Source: Malacoraja senta
Lineage: Eukaryota
Reading direction: 5' to 3'
Length of the DNA: 64,000 bases
Assembly (NCBI GenBank): GCA_038087875.1
Contig: JAXLNO010000563.1
Coordinates: 124,001 to 188,000 of the forward strand
Shown: piece after piece, positions 48,379 to 61,600 of the stretch
Layout: each line of letters starts with the position of its first letter
Numbering within the stretch: the first letter of the stretch is position 1
Program-made: the position numbers and the translations under genes
The notes under the pieces: model-generated
Databases searched by the model: none
Told to the model about the DNA's origin: nothing
The model's input: the letters and a program-made list of their open reading frames with translations, nothing else

Positions 48379-51300
48379 TTTATCTCGAAGTCCCATGAGT
48401 GACTACGTGAAGAGCCCGCCAGCCCGCATGCGCATCAATACGTCTAGCGCATGGCGCTCGTCGGAGCAGTTTCGAACTGCTCTGCCAAGGTAAGTCAATT
48501 TTCACTGGGCCACTCTATAGCGTGCCCAGAGTAGCTATGGAGGTGGCCGGGGGTTTGGGCCGCCGTGGAAGCTCCATAGGAGCTAGAGTGAGGGAGCAGG
48601 CGGCTGAAATTGGAGACCGCCGTAGGGCTCCATAGGAGCTGGGATTGTGGCTGTTGCCGTTATAGCTCTGCACGGCAGCAGGCGGCCGAAATTGGAGACC
48701 GCCGGCTGGGATAAGTTATTGCAGCTGCCGGCATCAGAGCTCCATACGGGAGCAGGCAGCCAGAGTTGGAGGCAGCCGTGGGGCTCCGTAAGGAGCTAGA
48801 ATTCATAAATTGCGGCCGCCGGCAGCCAGGTCTATTATCGCTGCAGGAGGTTTCCAGCAGCCGGTGAGTTTTAAAAATAGCCACGGCCAAGAGCTACTGC
48901 TTAGGTAAACTCAGCTGCCGTAGCACCGAACAATTTTAAACACAGTTACTGCTACAGCTATGCTGCAGCAGCATATAGTGTATACTTTATTTTTGGGCAG
49001 CTATAATAGAGTTGGCATTAATAACAGTTGCCACTCGGTCACGTTTGTGACTATCGTAGTCGATAGCATTCTAAAGTCATGTTTAATTCTTTGGCAATAT
49101 AACAAAATGTCTTATCATGCCAATAAAGTTTATGTTTAAAAAAAAGATAATTACAAAGGACATTTATTATCACATACACCAATGGTGTAGTGAAATTGGA
49201 CTTGCCATTGCAGTCCAGAGCTCCTGACTTAGGAAGCCTTGTTTGAGCTGTGCCTATCGGACACCTGTGGGAGCTACACCTGGTGGCGTCATGGTAATTT
49301 CTGATCACTAGAGGGGACTGTTGAAGATTCTCTTACAGGTGACTCCAACTATATGCATATCGATAAAGTAGTCGAATCTCTGATTTAATAAGGATAGGCT
49401 TCTTTTAATCATATAAACGTAATTGTCTATGACAACACCTGGCAGGGTTGCAGTATTTCTCCCACTCTGTCTGGCGTATGGGGGCCAGAGGTGCTCCAGT
49501 CCTTCCCTGTAATACTCCGTTGGCTCCAGAAGGGAGCAAGGACTCGGAGTCACTAGTAGGTGCATTCTGTTTGGTAAATGATGATCCCAATCTGCACAGC
49601 TAGTCCCGGTTAGGCTGCTGAAGGGAGCAGCCTGACAACCTCAAGTCGGGGCAAAGTCATAGCCAAGTCTTAGGACATCTATGGCAGATGTGATTGGGCG
49701 TTTGTCTCAATTAGAACATCTGATGAATCAGATGGTAACACAAGAAATGCTCCATGTCACGAAGGCATGTCAGGCAGCAGCTCCTGGTTCAGGGTTGCAA
49801 TTTTCCTCCCACTCGGATGTAAGGAGTAGTGGAGATGGTGCCAAAATATATGCACATATGCCTGAAACAGGTCCTGGCTCAGGGTTGCAATTTTTCTTCC
49901 CGCTCGGATGAACGGAGTGATGGAGATGGTGCCAAACTATATATGCACACATGCTGGAGGCAGCTCCTGGTTCACGGTTGCATAAATCCTCCCACTCGGA
50001 TGTATGAAGTGATGGAGATGGAGCCATATATATATTATGCGCCGTATTACGGAAGCATGCACAGGCAGTTCAAGACCTATGCCAGTAGTTGCCCCTGGTT
50101 TCAGGGTTGGTATATTCCTCCCACCCGAAAGACTATCGGAGATGATGTCACAAAATATGCTCAGTGTTATGGAAGCATGCACAGACAGTCCGAGGCATAC
50201 GTATATGGCAACGCCTGGTTCAAGGTGCAATTTTTTCTCCCACTCTAAGAGAGTGTCAGAGATCAGTATGGACTGACTCCAAGCATGACTATGTGCCGGG
50301 ATCCCATGCTTTAATGCATAATGTGCGACAATCACATAAGGAAGAGCTGCGTGCTCTTGCCTCTAAAATTGCTGATTCCTCGGGGATGGACAAGCCACGA
50401 CAAGAGAAGTTGGCCAGCGGCATCAGCTATCTAACAGAAATTATAAGCATGATAGACAGGGTCGGCGTGGCTTTGAATGGCCGCAGGACTTGCTAGTGCT
50501 ACCGGGGGCTCCAACATCCAGACCCGGAGGGCGGCCTTGCATCGCCCGGCGCGGCTTTAATGGCCGCGGGACTTATTTTCCATCGCCCGCCGGGGGCTCT
50601 GACTCTGACATCGGGAGGAGATTGGGGAGTGCAGGGGAGAGATAAGACTTAGCCTTCCATCACAGCGAGGAGGAGATTCGCTGTGATGGATGTTTGTGTA
50701 AATTGTGTTGTGTCTTGGTTCTTTTTACTTGTTTGTATGACTGCAGAAACCAAATTTCGTTTGAACTTCATTTGAGGTTCAAATGACAATAAATGGTATT
50801 GTATTGTATTGTTTTGTATTGTAAATGGAACTTCGCTGAAGCTCCAACAACAAAAATCGACCCGTGGTTAGAGACGCTGGTAAGTAAGGTCTCGTTATTA
50901 ACCTCCGTAAACTCCGAAATGGAGCAGTCTGTCAACCCAGGTTGGGTTTACTGCCAGCATGGGCTGTCTAGTCATTTTCACTGTCTCTGGGATAGATCAG
51001 GTTGATATAGAGACATTTGCAAGGTGCCTTGCATAATAACCTCTGTAAGTTCCAAGTAGGAACAGTTTGGTTAACCTGGATCAGGGTAGACCATCATGGA
51101 ACTGGCTGGCCATAGGAGTCATAGTGACCAGGGAAGCACTGCTTCATCATCTGTGATTGAGGTTATCAGACTGCTCAATAGAATAAAGTAGTTGAAGTTT
51201 TTCTCAACATATGGTTTATTTCTCCTCAGTTAGTAGAGTTACTGGTTCATTGGAATCATCATTGCCATCCTCTCTGGGACAGGTAGTTACCAGCAGGAAG

Positions 51301-53510
51301 CTCGTCTGGCATATATATAACTTTATCTAACCTGCAGGTTCATGTTGTGAATCAACAATGTATTTATAATAATCCATAGGCTCTCAATACCAGTATTCCT
51401 GATTGAGTGGTGGGTCGAAGAGATTGTGTTGTGTACTCTTGCGACTTAGACATGTGGTTTCAATCAAAGGACTGCGAGGTAATTCCTGATTCAGCCTTGC
51501 ATTATACTAAACTCCACTCTGAAGGAAAACGCTGAGTATTCATGGTGACTCTCAGTCAAGAGTTGACAGGGAACTCGTATTCCCACATCTAAGGGAGACT
51601 GTGGTTTCAGCTCTAGTCATTAGCTGCTGATTATATATTGTCAGCGATATGTATGAATAACTAGATAATGCATCTTCCGTGGGTAGGAAAGCCAACGATT
51701 TTTTCAGTCCATAGGATCAATAGAGGAACAGCGGTTCCGAGTGCGATCAGTGACAGCTTATCCGAGGATGAGTGGTCTGGCCAAGGACTAGAGGGGTATA
51801 TTTCTGATACTTCTTAAGATTACAGAAATATGGTGCAGGCCGAATCAGGTTAGCATTAGGCTAATCGGATTATAGGTTTACTTCCCAGTTTAAGATGGAT
51901 GATTGGGTTTCTGCAATTTAACTGACTCAGAGAATCGATCTTGAAGTTGCATACTATGTCATATCTACACACATAAGGCACAGATTCTGCTGTTTTGATA
52001 ACAAAGCTAGTGGTGAAAACCTATGCTGCCCTTCTCAGATTAAAGGGCATTATGTCATCGAGTTTTAGGTAATATGCAAAATTGCAGCTGATAAAACGTA
52101 TGGGTTGTCGGTAGATATCTTTTGCGATATTACAAATGAGGCAACATGAAATTTAACAGTACAAATTTGCCTATTCAAACACGCCATGGTAGGCGACTGA
52201 AGCAACTCTTATTTACTCAGTCACGAGTGACGGCTGGGACAGCCTGTCTTCTCGGGCAGCTAGCTCTGCATGGTTGAATGAGAAGTTTGTGAACAACATA
52301 TGTGAGTCAATTTTAAACGGAAGTAACAGAGGTTTGTATGGCTTCCAGTTTGAGCCTAGAGAAGCTTTTATGTGATAGCACAATTGACATTGCTTGTGCT
52401 GCTTTATCATTTCTGTACTACCATAAGTGGGACATAAATGATTGGTTCTTCACCCACTACTCTCTAACGTTATGCAGGATGTCTTCTATTTGACCACTCT
52501 AATAGCCTACACTCATTGTAATGTGCGATGTATATCAGTAAATTGATATGCACATATTCCTCTATTTTCCTAATGGGACCAGTATCTTAAGATGATTATG
52601 CTTTCAGCAACTGATCTCAGCATAAAGAACACAGCCTTTACTCAATCTCAGGCTTAGTCTCTACGTCAAACTGACATTAGGGTAGCTTGTTATAGAAATA
52701 CTCATAAGCAAATGAGCAGGATTGCGTACATTTGAGGTTGAAAGCATACCCACCAGAGCAGAGATCAGGGATGTTATTAGGTATACAAGTCCACTCAGTT
52801 GCTAGTGCCTGTGAACTGGAAGATAGTTCTTTTTATCATTCAATAGCCTCAAGATATTGCTGATGGCTCATTAGCAGCCAATAGAATGGATGTCCCTTTA
52901 ATCATACAGCATGAGGTTTACATAGTGCAGGTTAATAAATTATAAAATTTGGTGGAATATATCTGGATATTTGCAGATAGTATTATGCACAGTGTTGCAT
53001 GAGTTATTGTCTAACTCAACAGTTTATTGGGACTACGGTCCAGTTAAGAACAATGGCCATGTATGCAAGTTAGCATCATGATATTAATAACTCATGTTTT
53101 TTCCTACCATTAATGGTTTATCTGTTAAGTGTTTCACACACAGATTGTGTCACTGCATGAAACCACAGAGCTTTGAAATCTTCACGTAGTCACTCACGTA
53201 ACTTCGAAATAAAATAGAAAGATTAAACGAGAACTTACCGTTTGAAGTTTGATCTTTATTTTATAAGAAGTTGAAGTGAGGGATTACGTGCCCTCCACAC
53301 CCAACCCTATTCTCATAAAGATCATTCGGTAGTTCTAAGCTCGTTAATCCTTCTATAGCTTAGGTCAGCAACTAGTCTGTGGTTTCATACAGCTGCTCTG
53401 AAGATTGACCCGCATGCGGGCTGGAGGGCTCTTCACGTAATCCCTCACTTCAACTTCTCATAAAATAAAGATCAAACTTCAAACGGTAAGTTCTTGTTCA
53501 ATCTTTCTAT
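48379..53510 (+). mobile_element. DIRS retrotransposon #4, heavily decayed, with internal tandem repeats (49770-50260) and a nested retroposon fragment (about 50460-50822)
   Basis: 5' terminus tttatctcgaagtcccatgagtgactacgtgaagagccc; ICR and 3' terminus at 53180-53510; the empty site is present in the left arm at about 29985-30005. Confidence 0.85.
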
Positions 53511-53637
53511 CTTCTTTCGTTCAAGTATCTAGGATGACGGAGAGAGTGGGGTTGGTGCAGCTGAAGGCAGAGAGAATGGGATTCACATTTTGACCGATAC
53601 ACCAGGCTGCAATGACATTTCTTGTTCACATGAAAAT

Positions 53638-56600
53638 AGAAAGATCAAACGAGAACTTACCATTTGAAGTTTGATCTTTATTTTATGAGAAGTTGGAGTG
53701 AGAGACTACGTGAAGAACCCACCAACCCGCATGCGCATCAATCTTCAAAGCAAGTGTATGAAACCACAGACCACTTGCACGAACTTAAACTATAGAAAGA
53801 TTAATAATGCTTGACTTACCAAATGATCTTTATGAGATTCAGGGTTGGGAGTAGAGGGCATGTAGTCTCTCACTCCAACTTCTCATAAAATAAAGATCAA
53901 ACTTCAAACGGTAAGTTCTCATTTATTCTTTCTATTTTATATCGTAGTCTCGTGATGAGACTACGTGAAGCCTTCGAAGCTCTGTGGTTTCATGCAGTAA
54001 ACCAATCTCTATGTGAAAACACTAAACAGATAAACCATAAATGGTAGAAAAGACATGTGCCATTAACAACACGATGCTAACTTTACATACATGTACATTG
54101 CCCTTAATCGGACCACAGTCCCAATTGCCTTTGGGTTAGAAACTAGCTCATGCAACACTGTTCAGAATTCTGTCTGCAACCATCCGGACATGTTCAATAA
54201 AATTTTATAACTTCTGAAAGTGTGCTTATCTGAGCCTCCTGCTGTTGCAAGATGATGATCAAAAGGGAAATCCATTCTATTGGCTGCTAACGAGCCAGCC
54301 CCCCTGGTAGAGTAGGACTTGAAATTATTTGAATTCACTCCCGCTTTTAGCTGCTTATACTCTATCCATCTTGAAATAGTCTGCACCAACAATCTCTTGT
54401 GAAACTATTAAATAACTATGAAGAAACTATCCTTCATCTCATAGGCACTTAGTAACCTCAGTGTACCTTTTTACAAAACACCCCCAATCTCCGATCTGGT
54501 GGGTATGCTGTCAACTCCAACTTGTACCCAACCATGCCCAATTTGCTTTATGAGTTCATTCCTATAAAAAGTTACCCTTATGCCAGATATGACCAAGAGA
54601 TCCAGACAGAGATTGTGTAAAGACTACTCTTTGTGCTGAAATCAGTTGTCATAAGCATAACTAACTTAAAAGATACTGCTCCATCATTAGGAATACAGTT
54701 GATGATAATCTGCATAATAATTTATACTGTTACATGTTCCACACTACTTTGTTTCTAGACTTTAGAGTGTTCATATAAAAGACCCATCCATAACCTTAGT
54801 CAACAGTGGGTGAATAACCAATCATTTATTGTCCCACTTATAGTACTAAATACAACGACAAAGCAGCACGAGCAGTGTCAATTGCGCTATAACATAGTCG
54901 CTTCTCTTAACCCCAAACTGAAACAAGCCACAAACCTCTTCTACTTTTGTTTAAAAGCAGCTCACAAGTGTCTCTTCACAAAACTTCCATACCACCATGC
55001 AGTGATAGATGCACGCAAAATAGGCTGAACTTGCCACCGCTCGTGTCTTCGAGCAATTATAGGAGCTTCTTTCAGCAGACATATTTACAACGGAAGCCCT
55101 GGTTTAGTAGGCCAGTTTGGCACTACTATAATCATGTTGCCTTGTCTTGAATTATCATAGGAGGCATCTACTGATAAAACCCCTGAGTCTTATCTGTTGG
55201 TAGGGTCCGAGACTAAACCCCTAACTATGTAATAGATAATGCTGGCTCCAGAATGGACTTCCTGGATGAATATCAAATCCTAGAAATTCTAGGAGAGCCT
55301 TGGTTGCTGAAACAGCTAACTCTGAGACACCTGATCTCCTTCCTACAATAATCATGTAGTCTATAAACTCCATAACAAAATGCCCCTTAGATCTGAGTAG
55401 GGCAGCATTCACTCTCGTGTATTGATATGGGAAAGAATGCTTCTTCAAGGTCAATTGAGGCCCTAAATCCTCTGTAATCAGCTAAATTGCTGAATGACAA
55501 TTATCCATCATAAACTGGTTATACCAAGCACATGATCAGTCCAGCCAAATCCAGGACTGATTTGGCATCCTCCACTTCCTTCAACCTTGAGAAAATATTA
55601 GAAATATACCCCTCTTGTACTTGGGCAGACTGCTCATCCTTTGTGAGATGTCTCTGTTTCAACTTGGATAGCCATAGTTTCTTCTTTTAACCATAAGTAC
55701 GGAAATCTTGGCTTCTCTACCGCGGAGGAATTAATCAGCCAGAAACTGAATCTTGTAACCATTTATGATTTGGAAAATGGAAAATTCGGAGGTTATCTGT
55801 CCCCACCTGTTTGTCGAACTGCCTCACCTATCTCCGACTTGAATATCCACAGCACCTCTCCTGCGACTGATGAATAACATTCGCATACCTCAACCGCCTC
55901 CACCTCATCGTTGCTTTGCTGTCCATGACGAGACAGATGGTGACTGTAGATGTGATCAAGGCAGTTTCTGAGAAACCACTTGCTATAAAACCACCAAGGC
56001 TGCCAATAAAATAATAGACAAAAGGTGATTATCATCCCCGCCACCAAGATCCAGCAATCGCTGAGACTGACACTGACACCACCAAAAATGGCCTCAGACG
56101 GATGACTAATAGTCAACTGATCCTAGACTTTGCTCTGTCCCCTTGCTCAGGCATAATGACCAGCTGGGGACGATACTGAATATGTGGAGAGCGCTGCATC
56201 CATGTTGAGCGCTGAAACCTGCAAATAAAAAGCCCTCTGGCTTGGTTAATTGTGTAGGCCCGGTGCTCCAACCAGCCTCAGTGTAGCGGTATCTGCGACT
56301 CAATTGGTAGAGATGATATGTATGCAGGTAAATGGGAGTCTTACCCACAAAGGGTGTATTTACCACACCCACCGCAGCATTGAAATTCTCTTGCGAGTCT
56401 TAACTTGCTAGCCCAAGTCTTCTCCAAAAAGATACTAGCAGACTGCACATGCTAACCTAGCACAAAATTAGCATAAATTGGGTTGACCTCAGGCCTATAC
56501 CCTCCTAACACAATTGAGTTTAGGCTGCGCATTACACAAAAGTGCGAAGGTGTCTACTGAAATTCAGACAGCTGAATTCCCTCTACTGACCTTGCAAAGC

Positions 56601-58140
56601 CGAATCCTTCCCTGAGAATCTCTGACTTTCTGGGGGTTAAAGCCTTTTGACTTTGATTTGCCCTTCATATAGCCTCAACTGGTGGCATAACCTACGAATC
56701 TCCAGTGTCTGGCAGAATCAGAACATACATAATATTCAGCAGTGTCCTGCAGGATCTATTCAATCAACTGATGAAAAGTCAAATAACCAATGCTACTTTC
56801 CAGTTTTATATCTAACAATTCTCCTATCCCCGAAGGGATGGCAAATTTAGTCACAAGTGCCAGCAGATCCCTTAAAGGCCTGTCGCACGAGTCTGCGGTC
56901 ATTGGCGGCGAAACAGGAAGAATCTACCGCTCCTGGGCCGCCATAGACCGCGGGCTCGGTCAAACGCACAATTCCGGGGCCGTGCACCGTTGTTCCCAAC
57001 ACCGCACGGTGCTAAAATAAAACCAACATTGTTCAAAAATATGTTCCTACCGCACAGCCTCCGCCAGTGATGCACGAGTGCGGCACGGACGCCGCCACAG
57101 CCGCCGCCAGTGTGGCACGAGCGCCGTGAGTAGAACCTTCACCGCCACAGCCTCCGCAAGTGAGGCACGTGTGCGGCACGGCCGCCGCCACAGCGCCGCG
57201 ATCAGCATGGCCGCCACCACAGCCGCCGCCACAGCGCCGCGATCAGCACGGCCACCACCACAGCCCCGCAGATCCGAAATGACGTCATCGCAGTCGGCCC
57301 GCCCTTTTTTTTTACTTACCGCTAGCTCGTGGGACCAGCCGTACTTAAATCACTCGGCCCCCGCGCAGTATCCGTGCGCCGCTCCCGCAGCATAGGCTCG
57401 GCGCTCTCGCCGTTGCCGTGCGGTCCCCTCTACAGGCGAAGCCGCGCTTCACCGCGCTTCACCGCCGATGACCGCAACACCGCGAGACAGAGCCTTTATG
57501 GCGCTTTTGTTTTTATTATTATTTATATATTAAATATATATATATATATTTTGTTTACTTTTTACAAGCTGAACCTGCACGTCAGGTAAAAAATGCTACA
57601 TGCTCGATCGGCCTTTTGCTGGTTAGTTACCTATCCCCCAGAGTATGGCAAATGATGTTCCAGCAAGCTGGCAACTCTTTAGCCGATCTGAAAAAATAAG
57701 CATGTGTTGAGGGAATCTTCAAACTACCTCACTCTACTGGGCAGCCTGATAATCTCAATCATAGATGTTGAGGCATTGGCCAATATGATCTAATGGATGG
57801 CCAGTTTCAAGTTTGTCTACCCTGAACCAGGGCAGACAAGCTGTTCCTTCTTGGAACTTACAGAGGTTGCTGTGCAGGGCACCCTGCCAATGATTCTGCA
57901 TCAACCTGCTCTTCTCCAGAGGCAGTGAAGCCTAAACAGATTATGCTGCCAATATTTCCAAACCCGGGTCGACAGGCTGCTCCATTTCAGAGGTTTTACG
58001 GAGGTTAGTAAGGAGACCAGGTCAACCTCCGTGCCTGCCAATTCTCCGAGCCTGATTCGACAGGCTGCTCCTGCGGCCCTTCTGGTGGCATAACCTACAA
58101 ATCGTCTCCAGTTTTGAACATCAACTTATCATAGTTGGTC
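53638..58140 (-). mobile_element. DIRS retrotransposon #5, decayed and rearranged; 5' terminus not found
   Basis: 3' terminus and ICR at 53638-53970; YR remnant QTISRW...SYSTRGAG at 54162-54392; RT remnant at 55221-55454; 57780-58020 is a reverse-complement match to the gag region of #4 (50880-51110). The right boundary is uncertain. Confidence 0.75.
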
Positions 58141-58697
58141 TAATCTGTCCGCTTTTAATTATTCTTGTGTATCGCCCACCAAAAACGAATAAGGACTTTC
58201 TCTCACAATTTGGTGATCTTATCGCTAGCTTGTTGCCCAAATTTGACCGGGTCCTGATTCTTGGTGACTTTAACATTCATGTCTGCTGTCCCACGAAGCC
58301 TCTTGTGAGTGAATTTATGAACCTGGTTGAGTCCTTCAATCTGTCTCTACTCACCACTGGACCCACGCACAAGCTTGGCCATATATTAGACCTGGTGCTT
58401 TCGTCTGGTCTCCCCACTTGCAACACAGATATTATTGATGCCTGTTTAAGAAGGAACTGCAGATGCTGGAAAATCGAAGGTACACAAAAATGCTGGAAAA
58501 ACTCAGCGGGTGCAGCAGCATCTATGGTGCGAAGGAAATAGGCAAAGTTTCAGGCCGAAACCCTTCTTCTGAAAAGGGTTTCGGCCCGAAACGTTGTCTA
58601 TTTCCTTCGCTCCATAGATGCTGCTGCACCCGCTGAATTTCTACAGCATTTTTGTGTACCTATTATTGATGCCTGTCTGTCTGATCATAGTGCTATT
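58140..58697 (+). mobile_element. L2-clade LINE apurinic endonuclease fragment
   Basis: YRPP...ILGDFNIH...PTH..GHILDLV and, after removing the insert, CLSDHSAI. Confidence 0.85.
58446..58660. mobile_element. Palindromic Penelope-type non-autonomous element with a 16-bp TSD
   Basis: TSD tattattgatgcctgt at 58430-58445 and 58661-58676; about 90-bp inverted arms; degenerate hammerhead cores on both strands. Confidence 0.8.
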
Positions 58698-61600
58698 TTG
58701 CTTCGGAGTCACTTTAGTGATTCCGTGAAGAAGACGCGTCAGGGCGCATGCGCGTCATTACGTCGGACGCATTGGTGCATGGACCAGCAGGAGGACAGAG
58801 CTCCTCTTCTGGTAAGGGATTTTTGATATTTTAAGTAGTTTTAAAACTCCAGCTAAGTGGGAAACTTAGCTGGAGTGAAAAGTTATTTTGCTGTGGTGCC
58901 GTGCTGTGTGTTTTTGTTACAGGTAGCACCATGGTGAAGACGAGCAGGGAGAGGGCAGCCGCAGGTAAATCAAAGGAGAGCCGCGGGAATGCGGTCTGTG
59001 AGCGGCTGCCTCGTACCCCTGCACAGTCACGGACCGGGAGAGGAGCGACTGCAGACTTAGTGCTATAAAGCACTATCATAGAGCCAACGCCAGCGGGCGT
59101 CAGGCCAGGGGAAGTCTGTGAGGGCTCAACTGAGTCGGGCTGCGACGAGTCCCGTACGGGGCTGGATACAGTTTTTGAATGGTATCCCATATGGAGCACC
59201 TCATTCAAGGGTTGTTCCACTAACGCACACTCCAGGGGGAGGAGTCGTGTGGGCGGTAGGCTACAGAAGAGGCCGCGCCAGCAGCACCTGGTAGAGGGCT
59301 GCTTGATAGCACCCTCATTTGTGAGGTGAGTGCAGAGGGTCAGCTCAGTTCTGACCCGACTCTGATGGTGACTTCGTTGACTAGCAAAGACGGCCGTTGT
59401 CAGAGGTCCATCTCTGGCAGCACGATTCGCTGTCCCGTCAGAGTATGCAGTGCCACTGGGAAAGCGAAGATGGCCGTTGTCAGAGTTCCCATCTCTGGCA
59501 GCACGATTCGCTGTCCAGTCAGAGTCTGGAACCGCCAAGAAACAGGAGACCCGGGAAACTGCGAGTTGCTGAAGGTGCCAGCAGTGAACCGGGTGATATG
59601 GACCCAGATGGGCGTGGGCATGCAGTGCCCAGGAGATGAAGCTGCAGAGAATCCTGAAATTACTTGGCTCAGGAATCACGGCGTTCGCTAGAACGGTGGA
59701 TGGAGGGCATCTGTCGGAGACGAAGCAAGAGGTACTAGGGTTGCTTTGTAGCGCCCATTTTGAGATAAATTGTCTCAGGTAAAGTGCCATTCGGCCCACC
59801 ATTAATCCCAAGTTTGCAGCACTCTGACCAGCCCACCAACATACAGCCGGCCAACTTACTCTTTGGAGAGGACCTCGCCAAGAGTGTCAAGGAGATGGAT
59901 GACGAGGCAAAGACGGTGGGCTTGATTAAGCCACCTGAGGTCAGCAAGTTTGGAAGGAGAAAGTACCCCTACAAACGAGGGACAGATTTCGGGTCTGGAC
60001 CAGGAACAAGTCGGCCGGCAATGCAGATGCGCAATTGGCGTTCTGCAGCGGGAACACGGTTAAATGTGGGGTTTCCCGCCAGGGGCCGTGGACAACGGGA
60101 TCCACCAGGTACCAAGGAGGTAGGTGGGCCTGGTTCTCAGGTGTGCATATGAAATGTGACACAATTAAAATCTGGGATGAATGGAAGCAAATGACCTCAG
60201 ATCTGTTTATACTGAGTGTTATTCAAGGGTTTGAATGGAGTTCAACCTAAATTATGATTTGCACATTCAGCGTGTTCCTGGAAGGATTTTCAGTTTTCAT
60301 TAACAAAACAGATGGAGGTTCAGGCTTCGCTTGAAAGCTTATGTAATAAAGGTTTAATTGGAAAGTCGGTTCACCAACCCCATCAAATTGTGTCTAATAT
60401 TTTTCCCAGGCCAAAAAAGGATGGGGGAGGAAGTATAGACAGTTTAGGATGAAAACATTTGTACTGCTAAGATACTCAGTCCAGAAGACGCTGTGTGGCA
60501 TCTATAGAGCTTAAAGATGCGTATTATTCAGTGTCTCTTCATTTGCAGGATAGAAGATATTTTAAAATTCACCTGGATGGATCAAATATGGCACAGAATT
60601 GTTAAAACCTATACGAGGCATGCTGAGAGGCCAGGGACATGTGCTCATGGCTTATCTCAGGAGGAGCCGCCATCTTGGAGGAACGGCTGCTAAACAGCAG
60701 CCGTCCGTCAAATTCACTCTTTCTTTAGTTTTAGTGTTTTTTATTTCTTTGTTTGTTTGGGGGATTTTGACTTTTAATGTGGGGGGGTAAGGGGGAAACT
60801 ATTTCTAGGTCCCTACCTGGTCGGTGAGGCAGCTTTTTCTCCAGGCTGCCTCGTTGACCCGTCCTCGTGGCCTACCAGCGGGCATGGAGCGCCGTTTCCT
60901 GACGGGGACCGCCCAGCACCTTCAGCTTCGGTGGCGGCACAGCGCTGGAGCGCTATCGGAGAGCGTAGCGGGCGATGCCTTGCCTGGGTCACCGCGCTGG
61001 ATCGACGCGCTGGAGCTCCGGTATGCGTTGACCGCCGACATCAACACCTCCGGGCTGCGGGACTGCGGAGCGACCAGCCGCGGGCGGCGGTGCCGACTCC
61101 AACATCGGGAGCCTCGTGACTCCAAATCGGCGCGGCCCTTTCGGCTTCAGGTGCCATCGACTCCGCTGGGAAACCGGCCGTTCCAGCCACTGCGAGGACT
61201 CTCCTGACGGCTAGGAACATTGGGCCTCCGTAGAGGCAACTGTGGTGGCCTCGATGGGCCTGACTCTGGGGAGAACTGGTTTGGGGACTGGACATTGTGC
61301 CTTCCCCCACAGTGGTGGTCATTGTGGGGGGATGATTTTGTGTGCTGTGCCTGTTAGTCTGTGTACAAGATGGCGGTCGGAGGGGAGAGTGGACGCTGGC
61401 GCGAATTGGTCGCCGCTGCTCTCTCCTCAAATTGTGTTTCTTATTTTCTTTTGGTGCTCTTGAAATTGAATTCTGTCCTTGATTTGTGTACTGTTGTGTT
61501 TTTATATTTAATTTATTCCGATTATGTGTTTTGTATTTTTTTGTGATTCTATGCATTGTAAGGTGTCCTTGGGGTTTAGAAAGGCGCCAGTAAATAAAAT

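Larger units (their letters stand above)
40834..53637. repeat. Right arm of the inverted duplication, expanded by DIRS #3, DIRS #4 and a MITE
   Basis: See the left arm; collinear reverse-complement blocks at 40834-40915, 41170-42295, 46764-48378 and 53511-53637. Confidence 0.9.

Noticed and set aside
57040..57490. GC-rich Ala/Arg ORFs as a gene or CpG-island promoter
   Set aside because: Low-complexity (gcc/cac) repeats inside the decayed DIRS #5 region, comparable to the GC-rich 5' region of DIRS #4.
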